Notes: generated from the sequence alone by a model not told the origin. 64,000 nt of DNA from Nitrospirota bacterium (GCA_963751455.1 CAVVUN010000001.1:288001-352000); one strand, 5' to 3'; counted from the stretch's first letter, positions 1 through 9,070 are shown. Numbers and translations: made by a program.

Positions 1-1133
1 TCGTAACGCCTTTTTTCCTCAGTCTGGGGGCTCTCACTCTCGTTCTGTTCCTGCAGAAAATGTTCAGGCTGGCCGAACTGATCGTATCCAAGGGAGCAAC
101 CGTATGGTCGAGCGCCAAACTGCTTCTCTACATCCTGCCCAGTTTCCTGGTGCTCACCATTCCCATGTCGCTGCTCGTGGGCACCTTGACCGCCTTCACC
201 CGGCTCTGCTCGGATTCTGAAGTTACGGCCATGAAAGCCTCCAGGGTCAGCCTGTATGAAATGATCCGCCCGGTCATGCTGTTCGCTGTCTTCGCCTTTC
301 TGATTACAGCCTCAACCTCGCTGATCATCGCTCCTGGCGCAAACCATGCCCTTAAGATCCATTTGTTCGAGCTTGTAAAATCTCGCGCCATGATCGGCAT
401 CGAACCGGGAATCTTCGGCAGCACGTTCGACGGAATGGTGATTTACGTCGACAAAATGAATTCCCTCGACGACATGCGCGGCATTTTTATCTCCGATGAG
501 CGGTCCGCCAGGGAGCCCTATGCCATCGTCGCCCAGACCGGAAAGCTTATCGCCGACCCGGACTCGCTCAACATGACCCTCTCCATGAAGCAGGGTGAGA
601 TCCACGCGAATCCCCGGGACGAGCAATCGTACTCGCTCATGGGGTTCACTGCGGGGAATTTATACCTTGATATCAGTCAGGCGCTTATTCAGAAGGGGCC
701 TTCCGACCGTAACCTGAACGAGATCGGGAGCCTTGAATTGTATCGCGACGTGAGAAAGGCCCGTGCGGAAAAGAAGCGCGCCATCAAACTTGAAAGTGAA
801 CTGCATAAGCGGGTATCGATTCCGTTCGCGTGCCTGCTCTTCGGGCTTATCGGAGCTCCTCTCGGGATCAGACGGACCCGTTCGGGAAAGTCCGCCGGCA
901 TCAGTATCGCCCTGCTCGTTTTCCTGCTCTACTATATGCTCCTTGCCGCCGGCACAAACCTTTCGGATAACGGCAAGCTCCCTCCGGCGGTCGCGTACTG
1001 GATGCCGAACGCTGTCATGACGGCCGGGGCGGTCCTCCTGGTTCTAAAAAAGGGCCGGGAAATTGATTTTAAAATTATTGCCTCTCTCAGGAATGTATTT
1101 AAACGAAGCGGCATAAAGAAGAACATCGGGTAA
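1..1133 (+). CDS. lptF: LPS export ABC transporter permease LptF (5' end outside window)
   Basis: YjgP/YjgQ-type motifs (LTIPMSLL..RLCSDSEVTAMKAS..ELHKRVSIPFACL); frame open to the window edge; adjacent to lptG. Confidence 0.9.
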   Translation, partial: VTPFFLSLGALTLVLFLQKMFRLAELIVSKGATVWSSAKLLLYILPSFLVLTIPMSLLVGTLTAFTRLCSDSEVTAMKASRVSLYEMIRPVMLFAVFAFLITASTSLIIAPGANHALKIHLFELVKSRAMIGIEPGIFGSTFDGMVIYVDKMNSLDDMRGIFISDERSAREPYAIVAQTGKLIADPDSLNMTLSMKQGEIHANPRDEQSYSLMGFTAGNLYLDISQALIQKGPSDRNLNEIGSLELYRDVRKARAEKKRAIKLESELHKRVSIPFACLLFGLIGAPLGIRRTRSGKSAGISIALLVFLLYYMLLAAGTNLSDNGKLPPAVAYWMPNAVMTAGAVLLVLKKGREIDFKIIASLRNVFKRSGIKKNIG

Positions 1134-1140
1134 AACTGCC

Positions 1141-2226
1141 ATGAAGATAATCAGCAGACACATTTTTAACGAATTCATCCGCATTTTTTTTATAGTGCTG
1201 CTCGGCATCCTGACGGTCTACCTCTGTATAGACTTTCTTCAACGGGCTGACGAGTTCATCAGTTTCAAAGCGTCGATGTTCCAGATCTCTGCCTATTTTC
1301 TCTACAGCGTTCCGGCGATGGCCTCGTCCTCTCTGCCGATTGCGTCGCTTGTTGCGACCCTCCTGTCGCTCGGAAACCTGTCCCGGCACAACGAGATCAT
1401 AGCAATGCGCGCAAGCGGGGTCAGCCTCACAAAGATTATCACGCCCGTCCTCGCCGGCGGGCTTCTCGTATCGGTCGCTGCATTCATCAATAACGAATTT
1501 ATCATGCCCAGGTATACCATGCGCGCAAACTTCATCAGGAACGTCGAAATCGAAAAGAAACAGCAGCGGGTTGTCTTCCAGCAGCGCAAGCTTTGGCTCC
1601 GCGGTCCGGAGAACAGCATCGCAAATATAGAACTGGTTTCTCCCGACCGGAACGAATTGATCGGCATCAATATTTTCAAGTTGAATCCCGATTATACGAT
1701 ACGCGAACGAATCACGGCAAAAAGCCTGCTGTGGGAGAACGGAGCCTGGCGTCTCAAGAACAGCCGTAAATACATGTTTAAGAATAATGAAGTCGAGACC
1801 GCGACGGGTGATGGTGAAACCTACAATGTCGTAGACAGTCCGCAGGACCTCGGCATGATCGCGAAAAGCTCCGGGGAGATGAACTTCATGGAGTTGTTCG
1901 ACTATGTCAGACGGCTCAAGATGAGCGGGTACAAGGCAGCGCGCTACGAGGTGGACCTCTACAATAAACTGGCATTCCCCCTTTCTAGTCTGCTGATGGT
2001 CCTTATCGCGACCCCGCTTTCGCTCCAGAAGGTAAGGAGCGGAGGCTTCGGCAAAGGAATTGCGATCGCGATCCTGATCGCCTTCGTCTATTGGGCGCTT
2101 ATGAGCGCCGGTACTGCGCTTGGTCGTTCGGGCGCGCTTCCCCCTTTCCAGGCAGCGTGGCTCGCCGACGTCCTGTTTGGTTCTTCTGCGTTCTATATTC
2201 TGTACCGGATGCAGAAAAGTGATTAG
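1141..2226 (+). CDS. lptG: LPS export ABC transporter permease LptG
   Basis: LSRHNEIIAMRASGVSL and KLAFPL motifs; tandem with lptF. Confidence 0.9.
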   Translation: MKIISRHIFNEFIRIFFIVLLGILTVYLCIDFLQRADEFISFKASMFQISAYFLYSVPAMASSSLPIASLVATLLSLGNLSRHNEIIAMRASGVSLTKIITPVLAGGLLVSVAAFINNEFIMPRYTMRANFIRNVEIEKKQQRVVFQQRKLWLRGPENSIANIELVSPDRNELIGINIFKLNPDYTIRERITAKSLLWENGAWRLKNSRKYMFKNNEVETATGDGETYNVVDSPQDLGMIAKSSGEMNFMELFDYVRRLKMSGYKAARYEVDLYNKLAFPLSSLLMVLIATPLSLQKVRSGGFGKGIAIAILIAFVYWALMSAGTALGRSGALPPFQAAWLADVLFGSSAFYILYRMQKSD

Positions 2227-2281
2227 CGGTCTCATACGTAGAACGGACATCCCCATAACGTTTTTAAACTATCCTCCAAAG

Positions 2282-2356
2282 CGTCATTCCGGGCTTGACC
2301 CGGAATCCAGTCGCTTTTTGGTTATATCCTGGATTCCTGCTTTCGCAGGAATGACG
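2282..2356. repeat. REP-like palindromic element CGTCATTCC..GGAATCCAG / CTGGATTCC..GGAATGACG
   Basis: Nested inverted repeats visible in the sequence. Confidence 0.8.
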
Positions 2357-2485
2357 AGCTAGAGGGTACAGACTATTATAAGACCATTGATAAGTCCTTG
2401 AGCCCCCTCTTTCGTCTCTCGTAAAGAAGGGTACAACGAGCCTGAGATCTTCTCCTGTTCCTCAATGCAGAGGCTTTATATTACT

Positions 2486-2845
2486 ATGACTAAAATGTTT
2501 TTCTCACAGCGAATTCTCGATTCCCTGACCGGCGAAAATAAAATCAGGCTTGACGGAAATATCATTACCCTGCTGACGCCGGACATGCCTTCATTCGAAC
2601 TCGAACCCGCCTACCGGATAATCAGAACGGCGGACAACGGTCCGGACCCGCACGGCCTGGTCGACAAGATAAAATACGAGAAGGAGCTGAAGGCGATCAA
2701 CGCCGAACTCTATCTGGACTCGTTGATCTTCGGGGATACGGCCTATCAAGTGGAACCGGGCTTCATCGGAGAACAAAAGGAGCTGATCGACAAGTTGTCC
2801 GACACAGAGCTGCTGACCCGGTTTCTGCTGGATTCCCTGCTGTAG
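2486..2845 (+). CDS. hypothetical protein
   Basis: 119-aa ORF with protein-like composition, co-oriented with neighbours; start uncertain. Confidence 0.7.
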   Translation: MTKMFFSQRILDSLTGENKIRLDGNIITLLTPDMPSFELEPAYRIIRTADNGPDPHGLVDKIKYEKELKAINAELYLDSLIFGDTAYQVEPGFIGEQKELIDKLSDTELLTRFLLDSLL

Positions 2846-2851
2846 GAATCT

Positions 2852-2941
2852 ATGGCATAGCGCATAGCGCAAAGAGCATAGCATTCAAACAAAGACTTAG
2901 TCCTGCGCCATGCACCATGCGCCATGCACCATGCCCTATGC
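2852..2941. repeat. heptamer-repeat palindrome (GCATAGC..CCATGCR), copy 1
   Basis: 7-nt periodic arms in inverted orientation around core AACAAAGACTT; related copy at 5891-5973. Confidence 0.75.
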
Positions 2942-2985
2942 AGCATGCGGCGTTGTCCGGGTCAGGCAGTAAGGGGTCTTCAAAC

Positions 2986-3663
2986 ATGCTCAAGCGATTC
3001 ATCAAAATTCTGACAGGCCTCCTGTTCCTCCCCTTATGCCTCGGTTTTACCTGGCACTTCGGCGCAATGGTCTTCAGCATCGCGTATAAACCGCAGCTGC
3101 CGTACTATTTTTTGGCGGGCGGGCTGACCTATCTTACCGCGCACGTTCTCTTCAGGAAACCGATCCTTGCCTACGTTTTCGGACACGAATTGACTCACGC
3201 CCTTTTCGCCATGATCTTCGGCGGAAGCGTTACATCATTCCATGCCAGCGATCGCGGGGGACGGGTGACGATCACGAAATCAAACTTCCTCATCACGCTG
3301 GCCCCGTATTTTTTCCCGTTCTACACGTTCATCGCACTAATCCTGTATGCGCTCGCCATAGTTACTGAAGCGCGCGGGGCGGCAGGGTCGATCATCTTTA
3401 TCTCGGGCGCCACGTTTTCATTCCATATCGTTTTAACTCTGGTCTTTCTGCAGACCGATCAAACCGACATCAGGGAGCAGGGAGCATTTTTTTCCTTCCC
3501 GCTGATCTACCTCTTCAACATCGTGTTCGCGGCATTTCTCATCCAGCTGCTGCTCGCCGAAAATCCGGGTTTCCTCGCTTTTATGGCAGGTGGTATAATA
3601 AAAAGCGTGCGCATGGTCTACTTTTTCTTGAGTGAAGTCTACGCTATTATCAACCGGTATTAG
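2986..3663 (+). CDS. M50-like membrane zinc metallopeptidase
   Basis: HELTH (HExxH) in hydrophobic context, LAPYFFP motif, multiple TM segments. Confidence 0.75.
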   Translation: MLKRFIKILTGLLFLPLCLGFTWHFGAMVFSIAYKPQLPYYFLAGGLTYLTAHVLFRKPILAYVFGHELTHALFAMIFGGSVTSFHASDRGGRVTITKSNFLITLAPYFFPFYTFIALILYALAIVTEARGAAGSIIFISGATFSFHIVLTLVFLQTDQTDIREQGAFFSFPLIYLFNIVFAAFLIQLLLAENPGFLAFMAGGIIKSVRMVYFFLSEVYAIINRY

Positions 3664-3688
3664 CGCCCCGGAGGACGGACGGCACCCT

Positions 3689-4303
3689 ATGCTCATAATC
3701 GGATTAACCGGCGGCATCGCAAGCGGAAAGAGCCTTGTTGCCCGCGTTTTCAAGGACCTGGGAGCGCATCTCATCGATGCCGATAAGATAGTCCATGGCC
3801 TGCTCGAGCCCGGGCAGAGCTCCTTTGAAGAGATTGTGGGCCATTTTGGCCCCGGAATACAGAACCCCGATAAGTCAATCGACCGCAGGAAGCTTGGGGA
3901 GATAATATTCAACAACCCCGAGGGGCGGATATGGCTCAATCAGTGCCTGCATCCAAGGGTCTTTGAGGCATATTCCGCACAGGTGAAACACATACGCGAA
4001 AGACAACCGGACGCGATAATCGTGCTGGATGCGGCCCTCATGATCGAGACAGGGTATCATAAGAAAATGGACAAGCTGGTCGTGGTTTTCGCGGATGAAG
4101 AACAACAGTTGAAGCGCCTTATGGAGCGAGACGGGCTCAACCGGGAACAGGCGCTTGCCAGGATACGGAGCCAGATGCCGCTGTCTGATAAACGAATGCA
4201 TGCGGACTACGTGATAGACAATCGCGGAAGCCGTGAAAACGCCGAATGCATGGCCAGGACTGTCTTTACAGAACTGAAAAGCGTAGCCGGAAAAGAGGAT
4301 TGA
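3689..4303 (+). CDS. coaE: dephospho-CoA kinase
   Basis: IIGLTGGIASGKS P-loop, IDAD, LHP, RIRSQMP, ADYVIDN. Confidence 0.95.
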   Translation: MLIIGLTGGIASGKSLVARVFKDLGAHLIDADKIVHGLLEPGQSSFEEIVGHFGPGIQNPDKSIDRRKLGEIIFNNPEGRIWLNQCLHPRVFEAYSAQVKHIRERQPDAIIVLDAALMIETGYHKKMDKLVVVFADEEQQLKRLMERDGLNREQALARIRSQMPLSDKRMHADYVIDNRGSRENAECMARTVFTELKSVAGKED

Positions 4304-4773
4304 GAGTGCCTGCCCTGAAGATGGCGCTTATGACAAAAGCGCATATCCCGGAATGCGAGGCTATCGTTGCCGGATCAGAGCCCTGGAAACGCCTGAATGA
4401 GGGGATAGATTTCCGGGGCATCATCGCGGCGAACAGAACGCACACGTCCGCGTATGTCTGCCTTGCTGATGGGAAACCTGCCGGTTTCATTTTATTCATA
4501 CCGGAACCCGTGTTCGCCCGGGGCGGATATCTCCGCGCAATTGCGGTTTCACCATCGTTCCGGGTAACGGGGATCGGGACCATGATGCTCTCATTCGCCG
4601 AAAAGAAGACCGCACGAAAGGCGTCGCACTTATTTCTCTGCGTTTCATCCTTTAACCGCCGGGCGCATCTGTTTTACGAAAAACGCGGCTACACCAGGGT
4701 GGGAAGGCTGCCCGGCATCATCATGCCCGGCGCCTCGGAATTTATCTATTGGAAACGACTAGCAGGCTGTTGA
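4300..4773 (+). CDS. GNAT family N-acetyltransferase
   Basis: IAVSPSFRVTGIG acetyl-CoA motif and N..A..FYEKRGY; start uncertain; stop codon lies inside the following MITE. Confidence 0.85.
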   Translation: MRVPALKMALMTKAHIPECEAIVAGSEPWKRLNEGIDFRGIIAANRTHTSAYVCLADGKPAGFILFIPEPVFARGGYLRAIAVSPSFRVTGIGTMMLSFAEKKTARKASHLFLCVSSFNRRAHLFYEKRGYTRVGRLPGIIMPGASEFIYWKRLAGC

Positions 4774-4896
4774 AAAAGGTCTCAAAACGTCAAAACGCAC
4801 CCTAAAGGGTGCGGCTACCAATTATAATATCAATGCGTTACGATTTGGTAGTCGCAGGCTTTAGCCTGCGTAATTAGTTTTTCAACAGCCTGCTAG
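4759..4896. mobile_element. 138-bp MITE with terminal inverted repeat CTAGCAGGCTGTTGAAAAA and an internal REP pair
   Basis: Perfect 19-bp terminal IR including flanking CTAG; GTAG-type hairpins at 4796-4818 and 4848-4870. Confidence 0.8.
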
Positions 4897-4990
4897 TGTA
4901 CTGTAAAACTAATTCTTGATTGTATTGCACCTTTAGCCGGGTCCAGTAGTCAGTTACAAATCGAATTCCTCTCAAAACGGCAGGAACATT

Positions 4991-5086
4991 TACCGCGAAG
5001 TCGCGAGGAACGCGAGGAAAGCGAAATTCCCGTAATATGCCACAGGATAGTATTGCCTTCCTGGCGACCTTTGCGCCCTCGCGGTT
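4991..5086. repeat. nonamer-periodic palindromic element (ACCGCGAAG..CTCGCGGT)
   Basis: 9-nt periodic inverted arms; sibling at 38911-39018. Confidence 0.7.
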
Positions 5087-5206
5087 CAATCTTTTTAGTT
5101 CCGGCTTGTTGGCTTAAAGCACACCGTAATGACGTCGTGGAACTATTAACAACTAGGTTTACGTTGTACTAGGAGCTCAAATCGGAAAACGAGGGGGCAG
5201 GAAACC

Positions 5207-5884
5207 GTGAATGCGAAAATACTGAAGAAGATAGAGCTGTTCAAGAACCTTTCTGATGACGAGCTTAAGGAATTGGAGCCGTATCTGCTTAACGCGACAT
5301 ACCAGAAAAAAGAGGATATATTTTCTGAAGGAGATCAGCCTGAATGGTTTTATATTGTTTCGAGGGGCAAGGTTAAAATCACCAAGATATCCGCTGACGG
5401 GAAGGAGATAATTCTGGAGATCATATCGCCTACAGATATTTTCGGAGGTGTGGCGGTCATCCGCGGTTTCCCCTATCCGGCCAATGCAGTGGCGATGGAA
5501 GAGTCGGAAGTCCTCAAAATCAGCCGCAAGAACCTGATGCGCCTGGTCGACCGTTTCCCGAACCTGATGTACTGCATCGCCCTTCAGCTCGGAGACCGCA
5601 TGAAAAGCTCCTACGAGTCCCTGAAAAACATAGCCCTTGAAAGGGTCGAAGCACGGATCGCGGCGCTGCTCCTGAAGCTCTCAACCAAGGTGGGCGTAGA
5701 GACCCGGGAAGGCCTCCTCATCGATATGCGGCTCACAAAGCAGGACGTCGCGGACATGGTTGGCACCACGGTCGAGACCTCGATCAGGACCTTCAGCAAG
5801 TTTAAGAAAGAAGGCCTGCTGACCGATACAGACGGCAAATTTCTGATCAAGGACCGGAAAGGGCTGGCTGAGCTTTCGTCTTAA
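5207..5884 (+). CDS. Crp/Fnr family transcriptional regulator
   Basis: cNMP-binding domain (IFSEGD..GKVKI..GKEIIL) and HTH LTKQDVADMVGTTVETSIR; GTG start after a purine-rich RBS. Confidence 0.93.
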   Translation: MNAKILKKIELFKNLSDDELKELEPYLLNATYQKKEDIFSEGDQPEWFYIVSRGKVKITKISADGKEIILEIISPTDIFGGVAVIRGFPYPANAVAMEESEVLKISRKNLMRLVDRFPNLMYCIALQLGDRMKSSYESLKNIALERVEARIAALLLKLSTKVGVETREGLLIDMRLTKQDVADMVGTTVETSIRTFSKFKKEGLLTDTDGKFLIKDRKGLAELSS

Positions 5885-5890
5885 AGAGCC

Positions 5891-5973
5891 GCATAGAGCA
5901 TAGCGCAAAGCGCATAGCGTTCGAACAAAGACTTTACAGTGCTGCGCCATGCCCTATGCTCCATGCGCTATGC
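5891..5973. repeat. heptamer-repeat palindrome, copy 2
   Basis: GCATAGA/GCATAGC arms versus CTATGC/CCATGC arms; same core as 2852-2941; lies between convergent genes. Confidence 0.75.
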
Positions 5974-5977
5974 GAAC

Positions 5978-6391
5978 CTAATGCGCCGGCTCGTGCTTTG
6001 TCAACAGCGTCATCAGCATATTGTAAAAGAAAAGAAAGACGGTAAAAGCCTGGATTATGCCGAACGCCACGGTTAATATACCGAATGTTCCGCTCGGGCT
6101 GAATGCATTTATGGAATAGAAAATCATGAGCAGCGCGAGCGAGATATTAGACAGGTAAAATTGCACCTCTCCAAGCCTGGCACTGTAAACCGGTCTGCCC
6201 ATAAAGCGCGGCAGAATGTGGTAGCCGACGCCGTAGATCATCATCGATACCCATCCGAGCATATTGAGGTGGGAATGCACAAATTTGAGCGCCGTCAGGT
6301 GGGGGGATGCAAGCATGCCGATTCCCATAATCGTCGAGATGCCAAGATACACAATGCTCATAACAATAAAACCCTTCACAAACCTGTCCAT
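5978..6391 (-). CDS. 4-TM membrane protein resembling a heme-copper oxidase subunit I / NnrS-like fragment
   Basis: HSHLNMLGWVS..IYGVGYHILPRF motif; GGAGG RBS. Confidence 0.7.
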   Translation of the reverse strand: MDRFVKGFIVMSIVYLGISTIMGIGMLASPHLTALKFVHSHLNMLGWVSMMIYGVGYHILPRFMGRPVYSARLGEVQFYLSNISLALLMIFYSINAFSPSGTFGILTVAFGIIQAFTVFLFFYNMLMTLLTKHEPAH

Positions 6392-6449
6392 ATCATTCCC
6401 TCCTCTATTTTAAGATATCACTATTATAGACAAAGTGAAGCGGCAGCGT

Positions 6450-6465
6450 TATGATATCCCTCATA
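6450..6465. promoter_or_regulatory. Crp/Fnr-type operator TATGA-N6-TCATA, box 1
   Basis: Perfect palindrome with Crp-like 6-nt spacer in a divergent promoter region. Confidence 0.65.
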
Positions 6466-6483
6466 TAGGATAAAAAAGAGAAG

Positions 6484-6499
6484 TATGACGCAGGTCATA
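6484..6499. promoter_or_regulatory. Crp/Fnr-type operator TATGA-N6-TCATA, box 2
   Basis: Same half-sites, 34 bp from box 1. Confidence 0.65.
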
Positions 6500-6545
6500 A
6501 TGCGGTTTTAATATTTGTGTTAAAGTAACATCAAGACTGAATGAC

Positions 6546-6593
6546 CCCCTCACCCCACCCTCTCCCCTCTGGGGAGAGGATAAAGGTGAGGGG
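6546..6593. repeat. CCCCTCACC..CTCTCCC/GGGAGAG..GGTGAGGGG palindromic element
   Basis: Nested inverted repeat. Confidence 0.7.
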
Positions 6594-6612
6594 CAATATA
6601 AGGAGGCTTGCA

Positions 6613-6825
6613 ATGGTTACAGACAAAAAGAAAATAACGAAAGATGCGATCATCGGCGACGTGATAAAAATGAGCCCTGAAGCCAAGAAAGTGATCAAGA
6701 AATATTTCGGAAACGGGTGCTTTACCTGCGCGGGAATCAATATGGAATCCATCTCGTTCGGTTCTATGATGCACAACATGGACCCGAACAAGATCGTGGA
6801 CGAAATCAACGCACTGGAGGGATAA
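6613..6825 (+). CDS. DUF1858-like small protein
   Basis: ITKD..IGDVI..P....V...G.GC..C...ESI..G..MH..D pattern; AGGAGG RBS. Confidence 0.8.
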   Translation: MVTDKKKITKDAIIGDVIKMSPEAKKVIKKYFGNGCFTCAGINMESISFGSMMHNMDPNKIVDEINALEG

Positions 6826-6826
6826 T

Positions 6827-6964
6827 ATGGCCGGCAAAGAAATCAAATGCTTCGTATGCGGATCCGATGATGAAACCAGGACCTACCTGCCCTGCATTCA
6901 TGAAGGCAAGGAAAAAATAGTATGCACCAGGTGCCTTCCCATGCTGATCCATGGGGCGCACTGA
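6827..6964 (+). CDS. 45-aa putative zinc-binding protein (MAGKEIKCFVCGSDDETRTYLPCIHEGKEKIVCTRCLPMLIHGAH)
   Basis: Translated by hand (below ORF-track cutoff); GGAGG RBS; two CxxC pairs; starts 1 nt after the DUF1858 stop. Confidence 0.75.
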   Translation: MAGKEIKCFVCGSDDETRTYLPCIHEGKEKIVCTRCLPMLIHGAH

Positions 6965-7159
6965 TATCACGAGTGACGATGGATGTCCGCTCTCGAACTA
7001 CTTGATGGATGATGGACGACCGCTCACAGGCTCGCTAGGACGAAGGACGATTTTGCGTCCCTCGTCCCTCGTCTATCGTCTCTCGATTTTATCCGTCCCT
7101 CCTCCCTATGCTGCCTGAAACCTCTGGAATTTTTCTTCTGAGACTGGTAGACTGGCTCT

Positions 7160-7846
7160 ATGAAAACGGAACTCGCAATTGTACTTCTCAGCGGCGGCAT
7201 GGACAGCTGCGCAACGGCCGCACTGGCCGATCATGAATATCGTCTTGCCCTGCTTCACGTGAATTATGGACAAAGGACCGAAGCTCGTGAGCTCAAGGCC
7301 TTCAATGACATGGCTGACTTTTATAAGGCTGAAAAGCGCCTTTCCGTCAGTCTGGAACACTTGAAGGTTATCGGCGGCTCAAGCCTGACAGACGATAACA
7401 TGCCTGTGCCCGACGCTGTTCATTCCGCAATCCGCAATTCGAAATCCGCAATTCCAACAACCTACGTCCCCTTCCGCAACGCCCATCTTCTAGCGATAGC
7501 GACTTCGTGGGCAGAAGTTATTGGAGCGCATAAAATATTCATTGGCGCTGTAGAGGAAGACAGCTCCGGCTATCCAGACTGCCGTGAGATATTTTACAAG
7601 GCCTTTAACGAGGTCATCCAAACCGGAACGAAGCCGGAGACGCGCATTGAGATCATTACTCCTCTCATCCACCTGAAAAAATCAGAGATCGTGAGAAAAG
7701 GAACGGACCTGAAAGCACCCTTTCACCTCACCTGGAGCTGTTATCAGAACAGCGACAAAGCCTGCGGCAGATGCGAGAGCTGCGTGCTGAGGTTGAAAGG
7801 CTTTCGAGAAGCAGGAGTTGAAGACCCAATTCCATATAATACGTAA
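7160..7846 (+). CDS. queC: 7-cyano-7-deazaguanine synthase
   Basis: SGGMDS, YGQR, TYVPFRN, GYPDCR, TWSCY..CGRCESC. Confidence 0.96.
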   Translation: MKTELAIVLLSGGMDSCATAALADHEYRLALLHVNYGQRTEARELKAFNDMADFYKAEKRLSVSLEHLKVIGGSSLTDDNMPVPDAVHSAIRNSKSAIPTTYVPFRNAHLLAIATSWAEVIGAHKIFIGAVEEDSSGYPDCREIFYKAFNEVIQTGTKPETRIEIITPLIHLKKSEIVRKGTDLKAPFHLTWSCYQNSDKACGRCESCVLRLKGFREAGVEDPIPYNT

Positions 7847-7859
7847 ATCAAAAAAGCTG

Positions 7860-7976
7860 TCTCTCGCAAAGCCGCAAAGGATGCAAAGGGTAGACCAATC
7901 GAAGCAAATTCTTAAGAATCGATGCCCTGTTTTAATTTTAAAACTTTTCTTAGCGGCTTAGCGCCTTTGCGAGAGA
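7860..7976. repeat. nonamer-periodic palindromic element (TCTCTCGCAAAG..CTTTGCGAGAGA)
   Basis: 12-bp perfect terminal IR with GCAAAG 9-nt periodic units. Confidence 0.7.
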
Positions 7977-8018
7977 TAAGTATTGCGCTTTTTGGTTCTT
8001 TTGCCTCTATATATTCCC

Positions 8019-8675
8019 ATGACACTTACCGAATTCATCAAAGCCTGGCCTATCCTCAGAAAACAAGTAAAAACACTCGACCTTCCCTGGCTCGAGAATT
8101 TTGCAGCCACTGACCGCGATCCGTTTAAGGTCCTGATCTCCTGTATCCTGAGTCTGAGGACCCAGGACAAAACAACAGGACCTGCATCCGAACGCCTTTT
8201 CAAACTTGTATCGGATCCGTATTCCCTCTCACGTCTGCCGATTAAAACCATCGAAAAAGCGATCTATCCTGTGGGCTTTTACCGTGTCAAGGCTCGAACA
8301 CTCAGGGACATAAGCATGGAGCTCATCGAAAAGCACGATTCGAAAGTCCCGGACACGCTTGAAGGGCTTCTTGAGCTAAGAGGGGTAGGAAGAAAGACCG
8401 CCAATCTTGTCTTGACGCGCGGGTTCGATAAATACGGCATCTGCGTTGACACTCACGTGCACCGCATCACAAACCGCTGGGGACTGGTCTGGACTAAAAC
8501 GCCGGATGAGTCGGAACTTGCCTTGCGGGATTTGCTGCCGAAACGATACTGGAAGGATTTGAACGGAATTCTCGTGGCCTACGGCCAGCATGTCTGCCAG
8601 CCCGTGTCCCCTTTCTGCTCTCAATGTCGAATTTACTCTTTGTGTGATAAACGGGGAGTTGTACGAAGTCGATAA
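8019..8675 (+). CDS. nth: endonuclease III
   Basis: HhH LRGVGRKTANLV, VDTHVHR, 4Fe-4S motif C-x6-C-x2-C-x5-C. Confidence 0.95.
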   Translation: MTLTEFIKAWPILRKQVKTLDLPWLENFAATDRDPFKVLISCILSLRTQDKTTGPASERLFKLVSDPYSLSRLPIKTIEKAIYPVGFYRVKARTLRDISMELIEKHDSKVPDTLEGLLELRGVGRKTANLVLTRGFDKYGICVDTHVHRITNRWGLVWTKTPDESELALRDLLPKRYWKDLNGILVAYGQHVCQPVSPFCSQCRIYSLCDKRGVVRSR

Positions 8676-8857
8676 ACGCAGTTCTCTTCGCGCAGCCACT
8701 ACCGCAAGTTGTTTGTCCCGCAAGATGTTTTGGTCGGTCATGTCCTTCAAGTCACCAGGTTCAAAAATAATTGACTTGTTTTTTAAAAAAAAGTAAATTT
8801 CATTCTAATGAATTACAAACCTTCATAATACTCAGGCCGGAATAATTCTCTTTCCGA

Positions 8858-9070
8858 CTAGTGTAGTGTCTCTTAAATGGACGGTGTTATGATGATTTCA
8901 TCGAAAAACTTATCTTCGCATAAATATTTGCTGATGAATTTGTAGGGCGACCCTTTAGGGTTGCTGCTGTTCCGGCGCTTTCAGCAAGGCTAAAGCCTTG
9001 CCCTACAAGGTTGGCTGCGGCCTACTGCTGCGCTATGATAACACCAGTCGTTTGTGAGACACTACACTAG
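8858..9070. mobile_element. 213-bp MITE, terminal IR CTAGTGTAGTGTCTC, copy 1
   Basis: 15-bp terminal IR with CTAG ends; near-identical copy at 30357-30568; internal GTAG-REP pair at 8942-8964 and 8984-9006. Confidence 0.9.

Noticed and set aside
1099-2256. 385-aa minus-strand ORF and similar long antisense ORFs (20937-21986, 21853-22644, 54360-55283, 60992-61630)
   Set aside because: Shadows of well-supported genes on the opposite strand, with no motifs
2917-2985. N-terminal extensions in the ORF track (MRHAPCP.. at 2917; MTPSPHPLP.. at 6541)
   Set aside because: They translate palindromic repeat DNA; downstream starts at 2986 and 6613 fit better
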